From: Octopus vulgaris
Lineage: Eukaryota
Assembly (NCBI GenBank): GCA_951406725.2
Contig: OX597821.1
Span: 27,652,001-27,716,000, forward strand
Direction of reading: 5' to 3'
DNA length: 64,000 bases
Made by a program: the position numbers and the translations under genes. Shown one piece after another: positions 53,003 to 64,000 of the stretch. The notes below the pieces were generated by a model that was given only the letters and a program-made list of their open reading frames with translations, was not told the DNA's origin and ran no database searches. The first letter of the stretch is position 1; every line of letters starts with the position of its first letter.

Positions 53003-53944
53003 CCTTCTATATAATAAATTAATTTTACTCTGCCATGTATTGAGTACCTTACTTACTGTGGTTAACCCCGAATCAACCCGGGACCTACATATGTATATAT
53101 ATATGTATATATATATGTATGTATATATATATCTATATCTATCTATCCCTCTCTCTCTATATATATATGACTATTTTTTCCAGTCAGTTATTCACCATTA
53201 CACATGTTTCATTCCGTAAGAGGAATCTCGAAATTGTCCATATTGGATAGATGTGAAAAAAATTCCTATAAGAAAATAGTTTGGCAGAGAATCATATATG
53301 TTATTTCTACAGATTTTCTATAGAATTTAGAAACAGTAAAAAAGTTATGACATTACGTATACGAACACATCTATGTAAACAGCGTGAAGCATCTTAACTT
53401 TCAGTGTTGGCTCTAACTCCTATAGGAAATTAGAAGAGATAACACAGAGTTAATTAAATCCATTGTTAACTCGAAACTTAGGATACTGTATTGAGTTATA
53501 ATCTTTTAATGTTCTTGCGAGTATACTATGATTCAAGAACAAAATACGTTATCTTTATCAGCATATACGAATATGGGTGTGTGTGCGCGCGCGTGTGTAT
53601 GGAATGTTCAGGTACGTGCGCTCTCACCACTGAGAACACAGACTTAGTTGTCCTCAGACACCAATGGATTATCTATCATCAAATTCATATACATTAACAG
53701 TGCCTGGACTACCTACTTGTCGAGGCATCAAGCGAAAAATAAATGGCACACGTAAAGATGGACTTTTGTCTCTGAAATTTTCGCACCAATATTCAATGAA
53801 AAAAATATTGAACACTCTCCGGTTTTTGTTTGCTTACTTTGTTTTTATGCATCAACGTATTCTTCTGTTTGTATATCTCTCTGTATACCAATCTGCCTAT
53901 ACGGTACGTGCCTCCCTACCTGCCTGCCTGCCTACCTACTAACA

Positions 53945-54010
<66 letters not shown>

Positions 54011-54013
54011 CCA

Positions 54014-54100
<87 letters not shown>
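53945..54100. repeat. (TATC)n microsatellite (another at 35367-35500)
   Basis: Direct reading. The window also has dozens of (TA)n, (CA)n, (ATT)n and (AAG)n tracts, which generate most ORFs in the track. Confidence 0.95.
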
Positions 54101-54101
<1 letters not shown>

Positions 54102-56909
54102 GTCTGTTTGTGTGTTTGTCTGTCTGCCTGTCTATCTTTACTTCACTAACTCAATATTTTCTCTCAGGGATTTATTACTTTATATCCGCTTTGCCTTGTT
54201 GATGGATGCCGGTCTTTCACTGAAATTGGAAGCCTTATAATGCAAAGGTTCTTAGATTGTTTCTGTTTCTCTACTATAAGTTTCGATTATTGATTGCTGA
54301 GGGTAGGCTCTTATCTGTGCACGTCCAACTCAATTTTAAAATTATGGCTATTGCGGGATCCATTGCTTAACATGCTGTATCATTCATTAGTAACGTTGAA
54401 TATATTTTGTATGTAGTCAGTCGTGGCACTGAAATGTAATGCTCTTTAGTGAACAGAAATTCATGTTTGTTTGCTCTCAAATCTCATTTATAAATCCAGT
54501 GACAACTGGAATCTCGCACGCTGAAAACAATGTTGATGTATCACATGCATTGCACATTACCGAAACCATAATGTTATGGAGAAGTGCAGCTTGAAAGTAT
54601 GTAAATAAACTGCAGGCTGAAAGGCTGTGAACAAATGGATGGTGATGTATTTGTGTATGTATATATGTATGTATCCTGCATTTTGAAGATATAATTTGCT
54701 ATTATTAATTTTTAGATAATAGATATTATTGCGGTTTTGGTTGTTGGGGCGCTATATGTGTCACTCTAATATAAGTGCAGTAGTTTTATTCTGTTGAGGG
54801 TTGATTATGATCTCAGCATTGCTATATTGCAGGATTTCTCTTTTTATTTCAGAATAGATTGCATAGTGAGCAAAGAATTTATTATCATCCTTTTTCGCGC
54901 AGCCCACCATCCGAAAATACACGCTAGAAATACCGGAGGTTTAAAGTTGTAACGTGTATTATAACTTGATTAAAAACTTCTTGGAGAACTTCGTTAGTTT
55001 TGGCTTCCTAACCCTACACGTAAATGGAAGACATTAAATAATGCAATGCTAAATAAATATTTAAGAGACTAAATGTATATTTATACTAACAAGCTACTAA
55101 TACTAGAAGAAGACTGCAGCTGATCTATAACATACTATTTAATATAACTTACTTTATTCATCTACTCTTCGTATACACAGATTATTGGTATGCTATCAGC
55201 AATTTCATGACTTACACTCTGAATACTAATCTGGTTCGTAATATAAATTGCTCGGAAAATATTTATGTAGTCTAAAGTTGTGCATAGTGACCTTCGACTT
55301 CAATTAACTACAATTTCTAAATAAACTGATCAAATCGATCATTCAACCAACAGACAGTATAAGAAGGTACTCTGAATTTTGTATATGCCGTATTTTGAGT
55401 CATATATTCAGCAGAAGTTTCCACAAATTTATATCTAAAATGGTGCTCTTAAACACATACACACACTAATAAACATCACGTACACACATAAAAACACGCA
55501 CTCACACGAGCACACATGTACAGGCAGATGCACGGTTTGGGCAAAATATTGGAATTACATTATTAAAAGCAATTTTGTATGATTTGATAAGATGCTACGT
55601 CTCCGTGGTGAATAAAAAAGGGGATACTCAGTAACTGATTGTTTAATCTTTAGCATCAACCACAGATTTAATACGCGAAAAACTTTACTCTAGCATGTTA
55701 TCAGCGGTTGGTACGGGAAGCTTAACCTATTTTGTCATAATTCTTTAATCGGTGAGGGAAAAGGGAAATGGTTCCCCAATTATAACTCCAAAATGCGTGG
55801 AGGAAAGAGTGAATGAAGATTCATCAGAGATGACGTTGTTCCATGGAATTATCGACCAAATTTGATAGTCTCTATGTCAATTTACCTTTTAACAATGTTG
55901 ATCTGACCCACGGAATGTTCGGCAATACCACCCCCTCCACGCTATTAAGAGTTATGGAGCTCACGATTAATTCGTTTAGTTTGGTTTAGTTTGAGAGTAG
56001 ATTGGCAATGCGGTTGTTTTACTTTGTGGTCAATTTTGCAGTAAAGTTTGATGGATTTAGAGACAATACTTTATATTAATCTCCTGTTTCTGAGATTTGC
56101 ATTCCGTCCACGATGATGCTTACCATGTCAAGCTTTACTATCGTTTGGAAATGAAACGTCATAGACATCATGTGCACGTGTGGTTAAATGTTTAGTTAGA
56201 GTATTTCGTTTAAAGATGGTCCCTTTAAGGACGTATATTATTCAAATCAAGAAGCCTAGAAAACACGAAAACTTCCCGGAAGTGAACGGGGATCACAGCT
56301 ATCGGTATTTCACAAGTTCTGCTGCTATTCGGAAATAAGACTCTAAACGATGTCCGATAACATAGAGATTGATTGGTCAACGTTCATATATTAAAGTCGT
56401 GTCTCAGTTCCGCGAGAAGGTTACGTAAACGTTATGGTGTATTGAATATGCCGTACGACAGTGAGAAACGAGATATATCAATAACTGACATTTATTTTAC
56501 TGTTTTCCCTGTCCCTTTACGTCAGAAATATTAAAAACTGGAAGGTGGATGAATACAAAAAAAAATTATAAGAATATTTTGCATAAAAATGTTAATTACT
56601 ATTTTTTTTATTATTCTGTGGATGATTAATGATATTAATTAGTGTAAGTTTACTACCACTGAACATCGTAAAACATATCCTTTGTTTGTAAAAAAGATAA
56701 ACAACGTTTGGAATAAATAAGATGAACTTTGGTTCCCTTCAGAACAAGATGAATCGTGTAGTACATGTACATACAAATATGCATCAAACACGGGCACACA
56801 CATGCGCAAACATACGCACACACACAAATATGTATATATACACATATATATGTGTGCGTGTCTATATATATGTGCGTGTGTCTATATATGTGTATGTTTG
56901 TTTATATAA

Positions 56910-57047
<138 letters not shown>

Positions 57048-57370
57048 TTATATAAAGTATGTGTGTATATATTATTTACTCTCATTTCCGATCCTAGAAT
57101 ATGTTAAATCATTTTCAAAATGATGATCAGATATGGATGCCTTCAGAATAATTGTGTAAACGCCTTTGTATATGCATTTCTTTAGAATATTCTACTTAGA
57201 TTTGTTTAGCAATAGATGCACGTTCAGACATGCTAGTACACATATAAAGTATGCACAAATATAAACATGTTGATGAATATAGACATGCATATATATGTTG
57301 ATGCACATGGACACCTATATGTGTTGATGTATAAATGATGTATATATTTACATACATATGCTCCCACGTG

Positions 57371-57469
<99 letters not shown>

Positions 57470-58558
57470 GAATGCATATATATATATATGTATGTATGTT
57501 TTTATGTTTTTATGTAGTAAGTATATCGTAACACACGTGTCCAGCGAACCGTTTATTGAGCCAAATTGCATGTAGAGGAATGAAGTTACACTATCGGAAA
57601 ATGTGTCACAGTGAAGTTGCAGATGAAGTAGAGAAAAAAGGTAACACATGAGAAAAGGGAGGAAAAAAAAGATTTCAAAACAAAAGCTATATACTAATGG
57701 ACACACAGAAGGTGAAGAGAAGTACAAAGAAAGAAATAAAGAAAATCTAGAAGTGAAAGCAAGAAAGTGAGCGTGAGTAAGAACATTTTTTTTATACTAA
57801 TTCAAGTCACCAAGCGAAACCGACACGCTACTTCATACTAGCTTTTTACTCATCTTTCATAGCAATACATTACTGTACGCATCATAAGATATTTTGGATT
57901 CGGTCGCAAAAAAAAAAAAAAAAAAAAGGAAATGACACGATATTCGCCTGTCTTTTCAAAAGCGAAATTAACATGGAAAGGTATTGAATATTTTTATTCG
58001 TACCTTTCATTACTATGCACTTGTTTTCCTCTAATGGTGTCTAAGATTTAAATTATACTTGCATGTTCACTAGAAATTATTTTATGTTTAGCGTTTAACA
58101 TCTAGTGTTGCATACGTATATACGTCTTATATTGCAGACGTGTATGTATGTATGGATGGATGGATTGATGGATGGATGGACATAAGTTTCTCTTCTAATT
58201 TTAAGCATTTAAGTTCTTCTTCTGAAGGAGCTGCTTTCTAACATATATAGAAAGTTCTATCATTGGAATGTAGATAACAAAAATGATGCCACATTTTAAA
58301 TCTGAGAAAAGTTTTGCATAGTTTTAGAGACTGTATTTGCAATGTGCGAGTCGACTGATTTCTTTTCTGTAAATCTGTGCGTATCCAGACTGACAGTTAC
58401 TCATTTGCTTACGAAACCGAGAGGGTGAAAGGCAAAGTCAACCTCATGAGAATTCGAAATAAGAAGGTTAACAGGAATGAATAGTCGCTAAATATTTTAC
58501 CCGGCGGGCTAAAAATTCTCTTTATCGACATGTAGATTATTAGTAATTGTAAATATTA

Positions 58559-58854
58559 CAGGCACTTCCTCCTCCCCCACTAAGTAAACATAGACACACA
58601 TAGAGGTATACGCATGCGCAAATGAAGAATAGAAATACAAAATGGCTGACCGTTAGTAAGGAGAAACACACAAATAAGAAAGAAGAAAGCAAATGACCAC
58701 TGATGCGGTCACAGGTGTGTGACGAAAGAACTCTGGCCGAAATAAGATTAAGATTAATGTAAAAAATATAACGCTGAAGCAAAGTAACACCAAATATATA
58801 GTGCGTGTGTTTTTATTGGCTAAACTGGCAAAATGACCATTCCTAAATACAACA
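58559..58854 (+). mobile_element. ~300-bp HHR-bearing element (copy of 18824-19131)
   Basis: 58695-58738: GACCA-CTGATGC-G-GTCACA(GGTG)TGTGAC-GAAA-GAAC-TC-TGGCC; perfect 6-bp stem II, A9C substitution. Confidence 0.75.
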
Positions 58855-59489
58855 AAAACTAATAAGAGTTATTAATAAAGTGTAGTCCCTAAAACCAATT
58901 ATATTTCGTTGAATCTGTGGTTGTGTGAACTGTTTCGGTTAAATTCAAAGCCGAATCAATACAATAATTAGTATTGTTTCTTTGACACGCAAATTATTTT
59001 TGGCAACAAAATATATGATAGCAAATTGTGGTGAGTACTTTGTTTTGTAGAAACTCCATTCTAATAATCTATCGTTATGACTTTCATGTTCCCTCGCTGA
59101 ATAATGTGATTGCTTGTGCTTCTCATTCCATAGATTGTTAACGGTATGCATAATTTATGTACGAATTGGATAATGAATTAACAAGTCTACTGTAATCCTT
59201 TGGATTTAAAGATTTTTTGGGTAAGATAAAACACGTTTCGCGGATAAACCCCCCCCCCCCAAAAATAACAAACATTTTATACCACATACCATCCAAATAA
59301 TTGAAAGTTGAGCATAAACTCTGGTTGCTAGTTCGGTGATATGCTCAAGTAAGGAAATTATTTTTAGAGCGCGTAGGAGTTGTCAACATATAAACCGAAT
59401 ATTTATAAAATTCATTTCACTCATTACATATTATACGGTTTTGGGGTTCAATCTGTCAATTGGAGTTTTCTATGTCTATCTTCTAACAT

Positions 59490-59703
59490 TGCTTTGAAAT
59501 TTTAGTACAAGGTTAGCAAGTTCAGAGCTGGAGGCGAGTCGATTACATCAACCACAATCTTCAGCTGTTACTTATTTTATCGATCTCGGGAGATTGATAA
59601 ACAAAGTTGACCGCGGTGGCTCTTGAACTTAGAACGAAAAGTCGGACGAAATGCTGCTAAACATTTTGCCGGCCTGATAACTATTTTGTCGGCTTGCGGC
59701 CTT
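59490..59703 (-). mobile_element. Degenerate tRNA-derived SINE (family of 42300-42705)
   Basis: GTTACTTATTTTATCGATCTCGGGAGATTGATAAACAAAGTTGACC...GAACTTAGAACG...GGACGAAATGCTGCTAAACATTTTGCC. Confidence 0.6.
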
Positions 59704-60166
59704 TCTGTCTTCTAACAATAAAAAATACGCGAATGTCACGTAATTGAGAGGTGATAATTAAGATACAACCTATTATCTAAGAATGTCGTTAAATGCTCGG
59801 CATACGCATTCCATGAATGCGTGCGCAAAAACAAAACTGGCCTTTTTCCTAAAGGAATTTTTTATATTTATTTTCACTTTAGACAAGGACAAAAAACTAT
59901 AATAATTTTTAAACTTGAGCACAACATCATCGTCGAAAATTTCCTCAAATATTTGTTTCCTTTGGTGATAGCTGTATCAATGTAAAATGTATGAAGCATC
60001 AATTGATGACGTCTTCCAATAGTTAATTCGTGCACTGGTTCTCTGAAGAATGAAATCGAACATGCTTGAACACAAACCGGTATAACTATTAATTTCCGCA
60101 CAATACCGTAACATTTTATTCACTCCTTACTGCATTCATACATTTATGTTGTTTAATTCCTTATAA

Positions 60167-60473
60167 GTGGAGGCACATGGCCTAGTGGTTAGAGCAGCGG
60201 ACTCGCGGTCGAGGAATCGCGGGTTCGAATCTCAGACCGGGCGATGTGTGTTTATGAGCGAAACACCTAAGCTCCACGCGGCTCCGGCAGAAGGTAATGG
60301 CGAAACTTCTGCTGACTCTTTCGCCACAATTTTCTCTCACTCTTTCCTACTGCATCTTGCAGCTCACCTGCGATGGACCGGCGTCCCGTCCAGGTGGGGA
60401 ACCAATACGCCAAGAAACCCGGAAACGGGCCCTATGAGTTAGGTATGGCTTGAGAAGGAACAAACAACAATTA
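60167..60473 (+). mobile_element. Full-length tRNA-derived SINE with TSD
   Basis: A box TGGCCTAGTGG, B box GGTTCGAATCT, AAC-rich tail; TSD CTTATAA at 60160-60166 and 60474-60480. Confidence 0.85.
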
Positions 60474-60659
60474 CTTATAACATTTTGATGACAGATCTAA
60501 TAATTCTACACTTACCAATTTTTGTGTGCTACTCATTATTTTCTCCCATTCTGTATCTAAAAAAATTGTCTGAAAAATTAATTTTTATAAAATTGTGTAC
60601 GGTTAAATGGAAAGCAATAGGAAAAGAATTTATTATCATTATTATTATCATTTTCTCTT

Positions 60660-62090
60660 TATCATAGGTATTGTTGGAGCTCCTAGAGTCTGGCATGCGT
60701 AGCGGGCTTACTACCTATAGTCTATGGTATCATGCTATTCGTTCTTTTCAACTATCTAATACTTTTCTGAGAATTCTGGCAATGCCGAAGAGACAAACAT
60801 TTTGTAACAGTTCTATTGGTCACTCTATCCCAATTTCCTTTATATTCATCTGGATGCCTACTGATACTGAACCCAACAATAACTGGCACTATCTTTCCAT
60901 AGCCGGGCCGTTGTGAACTTAAAAAGGTTGTATCTATCTTTTCGTCTTCTTTCTTGAAAATTCGTGGTCCTGTGGTCTGTTATGCTCTAGCTTCTGATCA
61001 CTTTGGATTGGGAAATCCCAGAAAATTTTGCTTGCGTGTGACCCGCTATTGTGTTCACACCGCAGCTTGTCTCTCTCTAGTCCTCAATTTTTGCATAATT
61101 TCCAATGTAGCATTTTCGCTACCTGGGCGTTTCGCCACAAATTGTTATGGTTTTGGGCAAGTCTGGGGCATTCTTTCATGATATGGGCAATGGTTTTATC
61201 CACTCTGTTGCAGATGCTGCACAATAGAGACACTTGCTCATTCTTCGCGGCCAATGCTTGGTTCTGCGCTGCCAGTATAGTGCTCTCGGTCTCTTATTTT
61301 AGGGTTCCCACCTATTTTCAGCAACTTCAGTTGTGGCTACACAGAAGTGAATGGTTTAGACCCTTGTTGCGTAATTGTTCTTCATGTCTTTTCTGTACTT
61401 CTTACTTTGCTTTCCCTTCTTTTTACTTTCAATACTCCCTCGTTCTTAACTCTCACTAGCAAGGTTTCCTCAATTTTGAGCTAGGTATCTCGAATTCCAT
61501 ACGCGCGCAGTCTTCCACACGTGTCAGTCCTCCTTCTCTAGGCGATCAGTATCTACAAATAGATGATGGGCCCCATGCATCTTAAGAACTTTCTTGAATT
61601 CCTGTCCATCTCCTTTAACTTCTTTCCTGTCCACGTCAGGATTTCAGCGCCGTACCGTTCTACCGCGATGGACGCGTGCGTTTAATGCCGAGATTATACT
61701 TCTGGCATCCAGCTTTAAAGTCAATATTTTTCTCACTCACATCACTCTCTTTTTGTCGTTTCCTTCATGTCGTGGTGTTTGATTCCATCTGCTTCAAGTA
61801 TACCCAGGTATTTATAACTGGATCGAAGTTGAATTTCCTTCATCACTTCACCACATGGCTGCCATATGCTTTCTGTCCTGGCAAGCCTTCCTCATCACAT
61901 CACCATCGTAGCATATGTATTTTGAGTGTCCACACCCCTTCTTAATATCATTGGAAAATCAGCACAGACTGGTCTAGGCTGTCCAGTTGTGCCTCAGATT
62001 TTGTGTATAGCTTCAGGTCATCCATGAATAGCAAGTGGTTTAATTTTCCCTTGTCTCTTCTCAAATTATACTTTATTTGATGTTCATCTT
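60660..62090 (-). mobile_element. Decayed R4/Dong-type non-LTR element, 3' fragment
   Basis: NHLLFMDDLKLYTKSEAQLD (61981-62040) followed by a degenerate C-terminal region; the 3' end abuts an (ATT)n-like tract. Confidence 0.65.
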
Positions 62091-62189
62091 TATAGATGAG
62101 CACGATATCTGTTTGTCTCGCCTCTATGACTTAATCGCACTACAAGTTAAAATCCTAGAGTATTTTGTAACGTTCGTTTCCCATTAGTC

Positions 62190-63875
62190 CTTCTGGCTTG
62201 TGTTAATACCGTTGATTGGCTCTCTCGAGGTTTGCTTTACCGCACAAAAGCCAGTGGGCATATCTAGTCACATTGTCGTGTCTAATTTGTATTCGCGTTG
62301 TTCGAGCTTACAGCTCTCACTAGCAATAAGGCTTATAATTTCTTCATTCTCACAGCAAATCCTAAACTGTGATATTTGGATTAGTTTGTTCTGAGAGCTT
62401 GTTCTTGAGCGCTAGACACTAATGCTTCAGTGGACTCTTTTACGTCTCCTTTCTGAAGCTATTGCCAGTTTCTATTCTAATCAATCTCATCTTCATTCTT
62501 CAAGAACTGACTGTGCATTTTCTTTTCCTGACAAATTTTCTTCATCTCTTTCTGGTCCTTCTCAAATTGTGTTAGATCTACGGCTTCGCTAACATTTAAG
62601 GTACCGTGCATTTTCATTGTTAATTGCATTTTCACGTGTTAATTGCCCTAATCTTATAGCGGTCATTTAGTTTCGATTGGAGCACAAGCCGAAATCTCCT
62701 AAAATACTCTTTCCTGTACATTTCTTTCATCTTGCGTTCATTCATCTTATCTCTTTAAATGATACCCAGGTAATTAATCCTTCCTCTCCTACGTCCCTTA
62801 TTGTTTCACCACTTTCCAGCTTGATCCCATAGATTTTTGTGATTTCCTCCCTTTTGTGGTTCATTACACCAAATTTCTCGATCTCAAATTCCACGCCAAT
62901 ATATTTGCTAATCATCTGCACAGTTTCCGTCAAACTCTACATTTCTTTCTCCGTCTTTGCGAATAGCTTTAGGTCATCCATAAACAACAGATTGTTTACT
63001 TTCATCCTGCCTAGCATGTGTCCCACAGGCATCATTCTTAAAACACTCGTTACTGGCAGAATACAGACAACAAATAAGAGGTGACAGAGTGTCCCCTTGA
63101 CAGATTCCTCTTTTGATATTTACCTCTCTCAGATTAACTCCCCATGTTGTGAGTTCAGTTCACCACATTGTCATTGAGTTTTGAATCAGTTTCAGGGTAT
63201 TGTGTGAGACATTAAATAGTTTAAGGCATTCAATAATCCATGTGTGTGGGGTCATACCATATGCTTCCATGTAGTCCACCCATGCCATCGCCAAATTTTT
63301 GTCTCTTCTTGCCATCAGCCAGAATAGACATCCATTAGTAAGTGATCCTTCGTTCCTCTGACCTTACGTCTACACCCATTTTGTTCTATTGTCAGCAGAT
63401 CGTTCCCTTCTAGGTACTTATAGGTGCTGTCTGATATAATGCCCGTCATCAGGTTCCACATCAGTGGCAAACGAGATATTGGTCGGAAATTTCCAGCCGC
63501 ATTCCCTTTACTTGGGTCCTTCTGGCATAGTACCCTTCTTCCTTTTGCATCCAAGCCGGTAATTGAATTTCACTACTCAGTATTTAGTCCAGCTTTCTTG
63601 TAATTCTCCTGTGCAAAGCTGTCAAGTATTGAAGTCAAAAGTCATGAATCTCACCTGGATTCTGGCGCTTTCTAGTTAGGAATTTTCCTGCACTGATCTC
63701 TAATCATCCCCTTAGTTATTATCAATTCCTCCGGCTGATACTCTCCACTTTCCTCTTTGAGGGACTTTAACCACTCTACTTCAGTTTCGTGTTGTTTCTC
63801 CCGAGACCATATTTTTAACCAAAATCTTTTACTTTCTTCAGCATCTGACACGGTTTTTCTTTCCCATCCAGTTCC
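62190..63875 (-). mobile_element. Decayed R4/Dong-type non-LTR element, RT region
   Basis: [83 protein letters not shown] (~62950-62999), IGVEFEIEK; (ATT)n begins at ~63880. Confidence 0.8.
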
Positions 63876-63878
63876 TCA

Positions 63879-63925
<47 letters not shown>

Positions 63926-64000
63926 ATATTATTATTATTATCATTATTATTATTAAAACCAACAGGATTATTATTAGAAACATTATCGGTGTTACGATAT

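Larger units (their letters stand above)
49419..53019 (+). mobile_element. Right arm: 5'-truncated Penelope-like (Naiad-type) element
   Basis: GIY-YIG coding segment, then ~2.95 kb of microsatellite-rich 3' sequence ending 17 bp after an HHR. Confidence 0.9.

Noticed and set aside
60167-60241. tRNA gene
   Set aside because: A and B boxes are present, but the sequence continues into a SINE body with tail and TSD. It is a SINE head, as is 37585-37659.

Overview
AT-rich, microsatellite-dense eukaryotic DNA made almost entirely of mobile elements. No intact host gene could be supported. The SINE families and the (TA)n/(ATT)n density resemble octopus/coleoid cephalopod genomes (inference from recall, not a search). 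The main theme is a hammerhead-ribozyme (HHR)/Penelope-like retroelement (PLE) system. (i) A young ~7-kb palindrome (46002-53019) consists of two divergent, 5'-truncated copies of a Naiad-type PLE with an open GIY-YIG endonuclease frame, a ~3-kb microsatellite-rich 3' region and a terminal type I HHR. A third copy of its 3' end occupies 1-400. (ii) A 7.2-copy tandem array of a ~560-bp non-coding unit (3150-7201) carries one minus-strand type I HHR per unit and ends in an inverted partial copy; it looks like a retrozyme, and part of its unit is also embedded in the PLE 3' region. (iii) At least five further families of short elements, mostly next to (TA)n, carry HHR-like folds with non-canonical cores. 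The window also holds decayed mariner, Helitron, Tx1/L1-type and R4/Dong-type elements, a TIR element with an 8-bp TSD and telomere-like repeats, several tRNA-derived SINE families and two fold-back elements. All ribozyme calls are folds read by eye; activity is untested.
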